From NCBI GenBank assembly GCA_973895155.1, contig OZ316897.1, positions 19,354,168 through 19,418,167 on the forward strand: a stretch of DNA of 64,000 nucleotides, read 5' to 3'. The translations under genes were made by a program, and so were the position numbers. This document shows positions 1-12,229 of the stretch, in pieces. The stretch is from Marsupella aquatica. Its lineage: Eukaryota; Plantae; Marchantiophyta. The notes under the pieces were generated by a model, which was not told the origin of the DNA, made no database searches, and saw only the letters and a list, made by a program, of their open reading frames with translations. Within the stretch, counting starts at the first letter, position 1. Each line of letters starts with the position of its first letter.

Positions 1-1149
1 GGTACCCTCTTAAAGTTATTATATTCTCCTTTCTCAGTTCTCACCATTATTACCCCCGTGCTGGCCATTGACCTCGATTGCCAAGTCGCCAGGAACCATT
101 ATTTTGTCCTTTTCGAGTCACAACGTTTGCTTACTTTCCTATTTTCCTGTTCCTATTCCTCCATTGACATTCCTTACAAATCCAAAACCTTTCCTGTATT
201 CCATTGTCAACTCACTATACAATTGCTTTCATAAAGATGTGAGGAACAAGAAGGGACAAGTTTCCAGGCTCTTCCTCTCCCCCCTTTCACAAAAACAACA
301 CCAAGGGACAATTTAGATGGCTTCACAAGCGGTTACACTTCTTGTTGTAACTATATACTTGGGGCCAAAAATGGTTTAAAATGAATAAAATGTAACATTT
401 AGAATTCCTTTCCTTTTACTCCATGCGCGCTTTTTAGGAATTGGTCTTTCTTTTGTTTTCCCTTGAATGACGGAAATTTTGGACCACCTCTGCCAAAAGT
501 TAAGACAAAATAAGCACTCCAATTTGGCATTTACTTGGGCCCACTGCTTGAGGTCCAGATTTAGTGTCAGAGTGAATAGAAAGACAATGTGGCCCAAGGT
601 CTTGTAAAGCCACACTTGGTTTAACAAAGGGAGAAACGTTTGCAACTTCAAAGGGGTTTTGAAAAAAACTGTTGTTTGTGGACAAGCCAGCTAAGTGGCT
701 TATAGGCAAAGAAAAACCAGGTTATTTATTTTTGCATTTTTTGCATGTATAATAACTATCACCAGCCTCTGGTGCTTAAGGGCATTACACCTGCACTACT
801 GATGCTCCAAGGGATTGATAGGATATGGGAATATTGTCCTAAAAGTATCTAATACTGAAAAATGCGCAAAAGAAAAGCAATTTGTGTTCATAGGTCACCT
901 GTATCTGAAACTTGAGGGGGGACCAGGTTGTTTGCACTTCACACCAATTTTTTTCCTTTGTCAGCTTTTTACTAACCTGTCCCCCAAACTACCCAAACTT
1001 TCTAACCTCTCCCCCAAACAAAATTAACTATCAACCTGTTCCCCCTTTTGTATATTGGTTACCACTAACTCAACCATGGTTACCATTTGTTCTCATATAT
1101 AACCATGGTTTTGTCGTGTATTTGTCTGAAACCACCTTCTCCAGAACAT

Positions 1150-1234
1150 TGGCTCCGTCTCAATCACCTCACAAATGAAATGATAACAAATGTTGATGTG
1201 CTTTGTCATAGTATGGAACACAAGGTTCTTAGCT
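1150..1234 (-). mobile_element. Ty1/Copia RNase H relic, C-terminal half (continues 4271-4510 across the MULE insertion)
   Basis: The minus strand reads AKNLVFHTMTKHINICYHFICEVIE, a decayed form of the Copia RNase H motif AKNPVFHxRTKHIDIRYHFIRE. Confidence 0.85.
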
Positions 1235-1556
1235 GAGAGATATACTTAATGGACCTCCAAATGCAATTTTTCTCTTAATGGACCAAAAGTTGCACACTCT
1301 CTCCCAGTGGACCTTTGGGCCCACCAGAGGTACCATTTCATGTGAGATGAACATTCTTCTAACACACTGCACAGTTCTTATAACGCTGGATTGTCATTAT
1401 AAAATGCAGTGTCATGTTCTACTGTTCTTCAATGTCCGACCGCATCGCCGAATGCAGTCAACTACGATCACAGTTCCGAGTGAATCAATGTATACATTCA
1501 TTGACCACAATGCATACAAACATCAACTGTAATGTTGAATAAACAAAAAAAATTAT

Positions 1557-2100
1557 AAGTGTGAAATCTGATACAACATGCAACCTGTATACATGACAAA
1601 TCATACTTCTATGTTGAATATTCATGTGCAGGTTTTGTCCATTTGGGCAGGCTTTGGCGGGAGGGGGGGCGTCTTCTTTAAAGTCAGAGGGACTGAATTT
1701 TTTTCTAAGTGTGACATCTGAATACAACGTGCAAAGTCTATACATCACAAATCATACTTCTAAGTAACTTGAATACAATAGGTTTTGTCCATTTGGGCAG
1801 GCTTTGGTGGGGGGTATCTTTGTAAAGTTGGAGGAAATGAAAATTTTCTAAATGTGAAATCTGAATATAACGTGCATATTTTACACAAACTACACATCGT
1901 TCTATGTTCAACATTATGTGGTTTTGTCCATTAGAGCAAGACTTGGTGCTTGTATATAAGGCCAGGGAGTCATAATTTTGTTTAAGTGCAACCTTGGAAT
2001 ACAATGTCTACCATGTATACAAGGTAAAAATGGTTTTGTCTATTTGTAGGCTGCAGAGTCTTGAATACATTGTGCGACATGTATACCATTCAATCATGGT
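1557..2100. repeat. Degenerate tandem repeat, ~150-bp unit, about 4 copies, inside the MULE
   Basis: Recurring AAGTGTGAAATCTGA(A)TACAAC...CAAATCATACTTCTA...GGTTTTGTCCATT(T/A)G(G/A)GCA blocks. Confidence 0.75.
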
Positions 2101-2133
2101 TTGTGCATTCTTGTGTACTCCGTTCATTTTTGG

Positions 2134-2428
2134 CTTGGGGGTCTCACTATATGGGGACCTCCCCATAACCTGCAATGTTTTTAGGCCTCGGACCCCCTAA
2201 AATGTAAGAAAAAATTATTTTTTTTAACCCCTATAAAGTTAGAATATTCTTGGAATATTCTAAAAATTGGATTGAAAAGACCCTAATGCTCTTATAAGTC
2301 TCAAAATTGAATTTAAAGACCCTATTGTTCTTCTACAAAAATTCTTAAGTCTTCCCTTAGAACCAATATAATGACCCTATCCTTCGTCGCACGTGATATG
2401 TCATTTTTGTGGAAGTGAAACCCCCGAG
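2134..2428. mobile_element. hAT-type MITE, copy 1
   Basis: 15-bp TIRs CTTGGGGGTCTCACT ... AGTGAAACCCCCGAG and a perfect 8-bp TSD ATTTTTGG (2126-2133 / 2429-2436). Homologous to 51926-52225. Confidence 0.88.
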
Positions 2429-3279
2429 ATTTTTGGAACATCTCATGCAAGTGTACAGTCTTCAAAGAGAACAAGAAATCAAGCAACATTGGACATTATT
2501 TACTAAATCCAACAACAATTTACACATACATAGGCCTATTGATCGATCAGTTCATTTACACATTGGTGACAAAACAGGGCTATAACTTTCCCCAAGTTGT
2601 GAACCATATTGCCTTCCAGCATGTATTCTCATGAAAGAAACAAATGTTAAGACATGTTACAAGAAACAGAGTTTTAAAAATACATAACCATGTAGAATTA
2701 TGTGTTCTATTCTCAGCATACAAAAGAATGTTGCAACGTGTTACATAACAGAGACTTTAGTGAATCCATAAACAACGTTGAAGGATCATAACACATTAGA
2801 AAGTACCAATTACACATACACATTTTCAAAATTATGCAAGGGCTCCTCCAATATTCACATCAAATGTAAACTGCTCATCATTGAAGCTCAAGAGAATGCT
2901 AAATGACACAAAATCATTGTCCCAAACCACCAATCAATCTCTTGAAGAAATAACAAAAATACAACAACCAAGACGTATTCTTCATGGCACATACAAAATC
3001 CCTATCATTTCTCTTCGGCGGATTTGATGGTGGACAAATGAAATTTGAAATCATTGTTACGGTCACCCTCCTGCTGCTGCATAAAGACATCCGCATCCAC
3101 AAGATTGTTGTTGCTCATCACTTTCTCAACTCTTGTTTTGCACAAGGGCACGACTAGGAGGGCAATGTCTACGCTCAACAACAAGCTTATTTACAACAAC
3201 AGTGTTGTCTTGCTTTAATCCACACTAGACAATATGGGATCTATCTGAGCAATTTGCTTGACTGTGCATTGTCTCAAGC

Positions 3280-3636
3280 TGGCAAATGGTACCATACTCT
3301 GCAAATTCATCAACATTCATCTCCACAAGCTCTCCTACAGCTTGAAAGATTGTGGCCTTGAATGGCCCAGTGTTCTCATACACATCAACTATGAAAATTT
3401 GGAACCTATATACAAATGACAATTGTTCCCGTCCAATAGCGGGTCATGGTTGCTGCTTCAATGGATTTCCCACAAACCAAATGATCATTGCCAATCCCAT
3501 GCCTACAACCTCTGTAAGTGAAATTTCTGGGCCACGGGAACTCAAAGGCAAAATTACAAACATATACCGGGATTGGCCCAATGATGTTGTCTGGCCACTC
3601 CTTCATTGCAATTTGCATATCCTCAATGGTTGACAT
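3280..3636 (-). pseudogene. Frameshifted RPA70-like C-terminal OB-fold/zinc-ribbon fragment inside the MULE
   Basis: MSTIED...FTYRGC..CGKS (ORF 3406-3690), then in another frame VYRFQIFIVDVYENTGPFKATIFQAVGELVEMNVDEF (ORF 3225-3422). This resembles the RPA1 DBD-C pattern YxAC..CxKK...RY.L...D.TG....T.F...E. Confidence 0.5.
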
Positions 3637-4270
3637 AGCAGGAACACAAGCAAGAACATGAGCGGGAACAGGAGCAAGAACTACCAACACAAGCAGGAAT
3701 GCAAGAAAATGTTGAGTAACAAACCAAATGACAATAAAACAACAGGTTCCAAACGGGTTCCATGAAGGGCAGGCACATTTGAATTTTGAAAATTCCTTTA
3801 AAAGTTGTATACATTGCGGATAATGTCTTCATAAAATCAAGGAGGTCGGGGGAGGTATGACGCAAGCTCCAATGCAGTCATAAACTATTTCCTTTGTATC
3901 TTGAACTTTAGCGTCGCTTGTGTGATCTAATGCCACCGCAAACTCGTTCAATTGTAGCCATATTGTATTCAACAAAACTAGGAAGCCATGGTGCTACGGC
4001 GCTTGATTGCGGCCAAGGGCTACCATGCTTGTGTGTTGCAACGTTATCGACGGCCTATTACACACGACCAACCATGGTGTCCATAGGGTACGCAGTGGAC
4101 CTGAACTGTGTGGTAACTAAAGATGTTTCAAAAGAACATACTTGTACGGAGTGGGCCCGGAGGTCCATTGGGAGGGAATTTGAAAGTTTGGGTCCACTGG
4201 GAGAGAGTGTGCAACTTTTGGTCCATCAAGAGAAAAAGTTGCATTTGGAGATCCACTAAATATATCTCTT

Positions 4271-4510
4271 GTTTTTAGCCAGATGCAAAACACTTTGACT
4301 ACCACACAGTAGTACTGGCAGATCATTCACCAATCTTTGTAGTTATTTCAGCTCCTTGGTTCCTCACAGGCAGCCATGTGCTCAGCCTTAGTAGTAGTTA
4401 AGGCAACACAAGATTGAGTTGCCAACTTCTTGCTGATACAACCTCCACCCAGCATGAACACATGCCTATAGTAGACTTCCTGTTATCCAAGTTAATAGTG
4501 TAATCCAGAG
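4271..4510 (-). mobile_element. Ty1/Copia RNase H relic, N-terminal half
   Basis: Minus strand, with frameshifts: LDNRKST / VFMLGGGCISKK..QSCVALTTTKAEHMAACE / PVLLCGSQSVLHLAKN. Confidence 0.85.
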
Positions 4511-5541
4511 CCCGGGCCTCACTTAATGACTCCCTGATGGAGGGAGCACAATGCCCCTCCCCGCTTCTTCATAATGCTGCAAAAACAACCTTGAGCCCTC
4601 CTCGTGCATGTATAGGGCTTTGGGCCCTCTCAATGGCTTGAGCCCTGTATAGGGCCTTGTGCCTACAATAAAAGCTCCCAAGAGAAGGAAGCAAGTAATT
4701 CCCCCTCCCCTTGCTCAATGCACTTTGGGCCTTGGGCCCCCTATCAAAAGCTCGCGAAAGGAGGGAGCATTTAAACTCTCCTCTTGCTCCTCCTTGTCCA
4801 CTTGTACATTGATGGGGCTTTGGGCCCTCTTGATGCCACAAGCCTGACTAAAGGCTCCCTAGGGAAGGGAGCCTAGTGCTTCCCCCTCCCCCAATTAAAT
4901 GAGTGTACCTTTGGGTACCCCTAGCTTGCGCTACAAATGCTCGTACCTGGGCTTGGTACAAAACCTATCAATGCCCCTCGTAGCCTTGTCATCCTCCGCG
5001 CCCTCTTTGCCTTGTCCTGGCCAATGTGCCTGAAAAAATTGCATTGTGGTGACTACATACCAGGCAACACAAGCAAAGCAAAATTAAAATGCACCTTTTG
5101 CATACAAGTGCACAACATTTTTTGAGAAGAAACCATGACCCCATCGACCCTACAAGTGTTTGTCTAAAAACTACGAGCCATAGCCAAGGATTACAAGATC
5201 TAATGAGCAAAAATTGCCAACCAATATTGCTTCCCATTCTTACGACATAACATTTTAATGTTGCCACTGAAGACAAAGTGCTCACCAATGCATTTGATAA
5301 ATTGTTGACTGCCTTCCTGACAGTATCTTCAAAAACACCGTGACACCTCCAACACTTCAGCTAAAGTTTTGAGAAACCATCACCACTTCCAAACACAAAA
5401 TCTTCAACACAAAATGACCAATGAAATGATCAAGTAGTTGCCAACATTTGACGATTCAATCTTTCACCCCAATTCCACACAAGAAACACTCTCAACACTA
5501 TCCAGACAACCAAACCTTGAACACAAAGTTGTAATACCATT

Positions 5542-5846
5542 TGTAAGAAACCATCAGCTCAGACTATACAGCCAGCGGCACATGAGAGAGACACTCGATC
5601 AGACGCTACACTGACAAGACACCACAAGTGGAGAAACTCGTGAAGGACCCATAGCATATGAGAGTATATGTGAAGAGTGAGGGAGAGAAGGCTCTCCCTC
5701 CAACCTATATAGGGGAGAGATACTCCCTAGGGGGGCGGAGATGTGTGGGCCTAATCAAGCAAATCTTATCTTAATGTAATCAAGGGTAAGCTAACTCTAG
5801 TAAGGCCAAACTAACTAAAGTCAAGAACTCGAGTCAATTCTTAACA
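5542..5846 (-). mobile_element. Copia-type LTR with a degenerate tRNA-Met primer-binding site
   Basis: Termini TGTAAGAA...TTCTTAACA and an internal CCTATATAGG. On the minus strand it is followed by AA-TGGTATTAC (compare TGGTATCAGAGC), facing the Copia relic. Confidence 0.6.
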
Positions 5847-7909
5847 AAATGGGGGCCAGGTTGATAATTAATTTTGTTTGAGGTACAGGTTAGTAAAAAG
5901 TTGTTTCCTTTGTATCTTGGGCAGATGACACTTGTAGGAGTTGAGAAGCCTCCCATTGGTGAAGAATTAAACTTCAGCTGTACTTAAAACTTTGTAACTT
6001 CCAAGAAAGAGAAACAAGCCATAATGTATACAAAATGGAACAAACTAAGTACAAAGAAGAGAAAGCAATGAGGTTCAAAAAGGACAAACACCAAACACTA
6101 AAAAGAGGAAATGCAACCCCAAGGAAGAGGAGAAAAAAAGGGAAAAACGGGGAAAGAGCTACCACTTCACTAGTGTGATGAACTAATAGTCCACATCTAC
6201 ATTGGTGTTGTAATAAATCTGCAAGTGGGACAGAGATGTCCTCTAAGGGGTCAAGTCTACAGAGGCACACTAGCACCCATGGCCAGAGATTGACGGCAAA
6301 TTGCACTAGCTTGAGCACATTGCAATATCACTGAAATTTTCTAACAAAAGCGCATGGTCAAATTAGAATGTGAGGGTCAAACCGTCCATGAACATTGCGA
6401 GCTGCTTGTCAGCCAAGGTACACTGATCATCACAGACCATGGTAAGATCACCCCATGAATGGTGTGATGGAGAACTATCAATTCAACAGATTGATAAGAA
6501 CAAGGATCTAACTTATTAAATTAGTATCTGAAGTCAAAAGAGATATCAGAGTTTTCCGTAAAGTGGTCAAAGGCGAGTAAGTTGTGGGTCATATTGACCA
6601 GATTCAGGGTTAGTGAAGGTTTGAACCCAATCTCAACTTCTTTGTGTGTTGAACAGGGGTTGAAACTGTCTGAACCCCTCCCAGAGTGATTACAGTGTCC
6701 CAGATTGACTTACCCTAAGTCACCCACAGTTTTAACAAGAGAGGTTTAGTGCACTGCTGCAATGGAGGTTTTGCACCTAGCAAGGAAGAGGAGATGTTGA
6801 TTGCCCTCCATAAAACTAAGCCAAGTTTGGTGAGTTAACAGCACTCAGGGGGCTCTAGGTAAATACTCTTTTCTGGGTTTAACTCACAATGAGACTCAAA
6901 GTTTCTACCCCCCTGCATTTGCCTAATACTCTGAAAAAATATTGTATTGAATTTTATAAATTTGAGGAGTTTGTGAGGACACTGGACGACCTACTGACCA
7001 CAAGTTGAGGCTGTTACTGGGAACTAATGGAGGGGGACTTAGGAACTAATGGAGGGGATCAAAATCTCAGTCAAACATGAAATACATGAGGCTTGAAACC
7101 AAGCACATGTAGGGCTCTAAATATACTTTTCAAAGTTAAGGGTTGCAGACATAGCAATTTAATACATCAAACAAACAACAAGAAAATAGTGTAAAATGAA
7201 TCTTTAGTGCATGCTGAGCTACTGCCACCTTAAACAAGGCACAGGTTTCTTGCCCAGCAGCAAGAGAGGCACCCTGGGCAGTGTTGTATTCAAATAGTAC
7301 ACCATGGGCTCAATAGTTGAGGTTTAGCCATAGGTTTATTGAGGAAAGGATGAGGCTTTCTATTGAAATCGCAAGCCATGGGTTTCTTTTTGAAAGGCAT
7401 TTTTCATTAAAACTTGAGATTTGAATTTGGTTGTTCTTCTAACACAATAGCCTTATTCAGGTGCAATGCCCAGATCCCATCACAAGGATCATACTCTCTA
7501 ATAGAAAGGGTTTTGTGTACCACATCCCAAAGTGGGCTCACCAAAGCCCTCTGCACACTAAAGACTTGACACTTCAGAAAATTGGAGGTCACTCTCTTTT
7601 CATTTAAATGGACACGTACAAACAGGTAGGCAACATCTAAGTGTGGGACTCAAGCGATTGTAGTAAATTATTTTTCCAGAAGCTGTCAACCTGAATCATG
7701 TACTTATGTACTCAACAAAGGGTCTTTTAGTTCAAAACGACAAAGGGATTAAAAAGCCAGCAGAGGAAAACTCTACCAGCAAGCCAACAGGCCATAAAAA
7801 CCACAAACACTCTTGAAACTAGTTCAATGAGGAGCAAAAGTAGATCTGTGTGAAAGCAAACCACCCCAATTGGTGAAACAGAGTATTCCAAAGTTTACCA
7901 AGTAAAGCT

Positions 7910-9858
7910 TGTCTCCAGTCGCGGAACTTGACTACCTTAACACTTAGCTCCAACGTCGCTGACTCCGACGTCGAGCTCCCTTATGGTCCAGGCCCGGATA
8001 GGCCATCCAGGGAGGACTTAGCATGGGGAGACTTGTATGTGGACAATGGGACGTGGCACTAGCAAAGGCAATGCGCCAAGCTGGTGACACACACTAAGGA
8101 CTTAGACTAGTTGAATGCTGGTCGGGTCAAGGGGAAAGGGGCCGGGCTCAAGGTTGACCGTCCGACCCCCGGACCGACTTTGAGTTATGAGGGCTTGATT
8201 GAGAGCTCCTCTTGGGCCCAAGGCCAATGGAGTTGATGCCATGGGCAATGGACGCTTGGGGCGCGAGTTATGGCCCGATCCGGGTTTGGCCGATCAGGGG
8301 CCCCAAGCGACAATGAGATATGAGGGCCTAGGCATGAGCACTGGGTCGGCCCAATCACAATGGGCTAAGGCACTCCGCGTGCGGACGCCTAACTAGGAAG
8401 TTAGGGGCATTGCCAGTTAGTGGCGCGCCCAAACATGCGGGATAGTATCCGGGTTGTGGACCAAAAAGTTGAGGACCAAAGTTGGTCCGGGGGTGGCAGG
8501 TCTCCAGAAGCATATATGAGGGGAGTGGTGTCTCCCTGGGGGCTAAGGGCGAGCGGAAGTCATGAGCCACGGTGGTCGCGACACTAAGGGAAAACGCCAA
8601 ACAGAAATGGCGATACCTTCCCAATGGGAAGTCCGTTGGAAGACTTCTTGGGTGCATTGGAAATCTCTCAAGGAAGGCTACATCCTCTTGAGCTCAAATG
8701 GGGCTGGGGGTGCCGTAGGTTCTTGAGGTTTGCGGGTATTATCTCATCCGCCTTCCAAATCCTGCCGAAATAGTAGCCAAGCCGCGTTCAGTCTCTCAAG
8801 GGAGCTTGCATCGGGGAGGCAAGGCCAAGTTGGCATGGAGTTTGAGTTCCAAGGGAACTTGGCCCCTATACCATCAGTGGGGTGAGAACCGGAAGTTGGT
8901 TGCTAGAGTCAGGGCCATTCTGGTCCCGGCATGTTGGGACAAGCTATGCTATTTGGGCCATGAGCATGTCCTGGGGGCAGGGCGGTCAGTTGGTGATGGA
9001 TAGGTATGAGGGGGAACCCGAGCTGCGCCCAAGGAAAGAGTTGTTTTGGATGAATAGTGGGCGTTAGTTCTGGTTCCGGCTTATGGCATTGGGAGGACCT
9101 GTCGTTGACCTACTTACCAATGTCTGTTGAGCTTGAGTTACGATGCTAGACTTGGGGAGATCTAGATCCAGAAGGGTTACTTACTGAGATGCTTGGTTGC
9201 TTGTACAGATAGTGAAGACCATTGAGTAGCGGTCGTGTTGGAGAGCAAGTGCGGCTTTGTATGGGAGGGGCCGCTGGTGATGCAAGGGGCACTAGGTTGT
9301 TGCTCAAGGTATTCCGTGGAGGCGTTCGGGCACCAGGGGCACTTAGACGTGGGTGCTGGGGTTGGCAAGGGGCACTAGGTTGTTGCTCAAGGTATTCCGT
9401 GGAGGCGTTCGGGCACCAGGGGCACTTAGGCATGGGTGTTGGGGTTGAGGGCGCTGGGTGGCAAGGTCCACCACTTGTCCCTAGCCATCTCCTGGGCTAA
9501 CCCACTCGTGTTTGTGGGGCATCACTGGCCTCACAAGGCATCATATCCTTATATGGGAGGGAGAGGACTGCAACACAAGATGTCTGTGATGTGGTGGCTG
9601 TCCCTGAGACTCCGGACTCATTATCCCAGTAGAGCAGCTCCATGTGCTTTGACCTTGGATGGTGTTCCAGACATACACAATGGGCTGTCATGACATATAG
9701 TATCGTAGCCATAGTGTATCGAAAACATACAAGTCACCGACAATGCATGTGCAAGCTGCTAGCAACCAACATGCATAGAAAAAGTCCAATCACATTCCCA
9801 AGTGCCAAGAAAAAGCAACTGAGGTGGTATGTACGTAGTGGAGGTGTAAACCTCTGTA
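7910..9858. mobile_element. GC/CpG-rich LTR-like segment downstream of the Gypsy PPT (3' LTR or a separate nested LTR; unresolved)
   Basis: Non-coding and CpG-retaining, with a TATA-like CATATATGAGGGG at ~8511 and an internal 83-bp tandem duplication. It starts right after the PPT on the minus strand. No partner copy was found. Confidence 0.4.
9282..9447. repeat. 83-bp tandem duplication
   Basis: GCAAGGGGCACTAGGTTGTTGCTCAAGGTATTCCGTGGAGGCGTTCGGGCACCAGGGGCACTTAG at 9282 and 9365. Confidence 0.95.
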
Positions 9859-9870
9859 TCCCCCCCAGAC
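9859..9870 (-). promoter_or_regulatory. Polypurine tract of the Gypsy element
   Basis: Minus-strand GTCTGGGGGGGA about 30 nt after the polyprotein stop. Confidence 0.6.
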
Positions 9871-9898
9871 CACAACCAAAAGGAGGGCTGAAGAAAAG

Positions 9899-10300
9899 TC
9901 AGGTAGTACGTGGAGCACAGGAAGGGCAAAACCATAACCCTTCTGGCACCTGGGTAAGTTCAGGCCGAAGGCAGAAAAGATGGTACCCTCCATTGCAATT
10001 ATCACACAGCAGCATCTGGTCAGCATCATCAATTTGCAAACACACTTTGCAAGGGTAGTCCACAGGTGGAATCCAGGTAGAAGTCACAATGGTGGGATCC
10101 AGGTTAGGCAGATGACAAGGGGCGCAATTCTTGGCATTGTCAGCAATTGTGCGCCCATCTGCCCCTTGTAACTCTAGCACTCCAGATGGTCGAATAGCTT
10201 TAACCCTGAGAATAGTACAACTGGTAGAGGTGTCCAGGGTGTCATTAGCTTGCCGCTGCAAGTACACAAAATCTCCCACATCAAAATTCCTGACCTTGGG
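9899..10300 (-). pseudogene. Integrase C-terminal module plus PHD finger (C4HC3; 9917-10051)
   Basis: In frame with integrase after the TAG at 10301: PKVRNFDVGDFVYLQ...ILRVKAIRPSGVLEL..., then CKVCLQIDDADQMLLCDNCNGGYHLFCLRPELTQVPEGLWFCPSC. Confidence 0.93.
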
Positions 10301-12229
10301 CTAAAAAATGCCCCCTCGTGTGTGTGCATAACGCAGTGTGTCCCTATGTTGTGCAATGGCCAAATTCTCCATGGGCATGGGCATAACCCTCCTGAATAGG
10401 GTAGCCCTCTCAGAGATCACATCAGACCAAGTCACAGCTGAATCCAAGTCCACCACCTGAAGCATGTGAACAGCAATAGCAGAAGGTGGAACTGGGTGAC
10501 GACCAAACAACAAGAAGTAGGGAGAAAAGTTAGACAATGATGCATTTCTAGACATCCTATACCCCATGGCAATGTAGGGTAAGGCCAGGTCCCAATCCTC
10601 CTTGTTTTTGGTGAGGCAAATCTTCCGGAGACCCTTCTTGCATGTCTGAACCATGCGCTCTGCCAAGCCATTTGCCTGTGGGTGATCTCGTGATGTCCGG
10701 CGATGATCAATGAGGGCCTGATCAAGCAGATCCTGGAACTCTCCTCTAAACTCTGAGCCCTGGTCAGTGAGACATTTTGCACAAGCTCCAAAGCGGCTGA
10801 GAACTTGTTGCAGGAATGCCTGGCTGGTGCTACGGGAGGTCTTATCCGGCAATGCCACAAGTTCTATCCAATTGGAGAAATGCTCTATCATGATCATGAT
10901 GTAAAGATTACCCCGAGATGTGAGGGGTAATTCTCCAGCCAAATCACATGACCAACGATAAAACATGCCCTGAATAGGGAGTGGATGAAGTGTGGGTTGC
11001 CGAGATGTGAAAGAAGTCCTTACCCTATCACATTGCTCACACCGGGCAATAACATCTCGAACCTGGCCATGCATGCCTCTCCAATGATAATGAGGGACCA
11101 AGAGGCTGTAAGTCCTCTTAACGCCAAAATGACCAAGCTCAGAATGTACCTTACGGATAAGGCCAACCCTCTCATGAATGGGTGGAACCACCACTTCCCT
11201 ATCTGGCAAGCAGCGCACAAGATGATCTCCCTTCCACAAGTAGCGCTTGGACCTTTGCTGAATTTGGTCTCTCTGGGCAGCAGTAACATGGGTAGGGTAC
11301 TCCCCATGCTGCAGAAATCTCAGAGTGTCGCTGTCCTCCCATATGTCCACCACAGGTTGGTCAACAATGTAGCATGGCAGCAAAGCAAGATAGGTAGATG
11401 CATGAAATGTAGGCAGGATGGAAACCTGGTCAAAATCCTGCCATGCATCTGAGGAATCATCAGAGGCAATCAAAGGGCTGCGGGACATAGTGTCAGCATT
11501 TTGATGTGTCACACCAGGCTTATGAATTACCTCAAAATCATACTCCTGGAGTATGAGCGCCCAACGAGCAAGCTTGCCAGTAAGCTTGTCGTTGGTCATC
11601 AACCACTTCAAGGGCTGGTGGTCGGTGTAGAGGACAAACCTGGTCCCATAGAGGTAGGGCTTGTAATGTATGACAGCCCACACAACAGCAAGGCATTCAC
11701 CCTTATACGAAGAATAATGACTCTCTGCCTGATTGTTGCTCCTAGATGCATAGGCAATGACGTAATCTTTACCTTCCTCGTCATGCTGGCCCAGAATGGC
11801 ACCAATCCCAAGGGCACTCCAATCTATGTGTAGCACAAAGACCTTGCTGAAATCAGGTCTTCTCAGCACCGCGTATTCTGAGAGCTTCTCCTTCAAAGTG
11901 GCAAATGCTGCCTCAGCATCTGTACTCCATGTCCAAGTCACATTCTTTTTCAACAAAGCATACAATGGGTGTGCAATGGTGCTGAAATCTTTGATGTAGA
12001 TCCGGTAGTAATTGCACAACCCAATAAAACTCCTCAAAGTGTGAACATTGGTAGGAGTGGGCATTTCCAAGATGGATACCACCTTGGCCCAATGAGCCAT
12101 GGTTCCATTTGGAAGAATGCGGTGCCCAAGGTATACTACTGATCTGACAGCAAATTTACACTTCTTGGGGTGTATCTTTAGGTTCACCTTCTTAAGCCTC
12201 ATGAATAGCTCCTCAAGGTCAAGTAGATG
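10301..12229 (-). pseudogene. RT thumb/connection, RNase H and integrase of the Gypsy pol
   Basis: KC.F...V.YLGH and LRSFIGLCNYYR. RNase H: FVLHIDWSALGIGAIL, GECLAVVWAV, TDHQPL. Integrase HHCC: VHSELGHFG...CEQC. Catalytic D-D-E: WSCDLAG / LTDQGSEF / NGLAER. Confidence 0.95.

Larger units (their letters stand above)
1235..4270. mobile_element. Non-autonomous Mutator-like (MULE) element, ~3 kb
   Basis: ~80-bp terminal inverted repeats (1235-1316 GAGAGATATACTTAATGGACCTCCAAATGCAA... vs reverse complement of 4190-4270). Near-perfect 10-bp target-site duplication GTTCTTAGCT (1225-1234) / GTTTTTAGCC (4271-4280). It splits a Copia RNase H motif. Confidence 0.85.

Noticed and set aside
5900-7900. Possible decayed TE coding region
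   Set aside because: CpG-poor and stop-ridden with no motif I could assign, so it is left unannotated.
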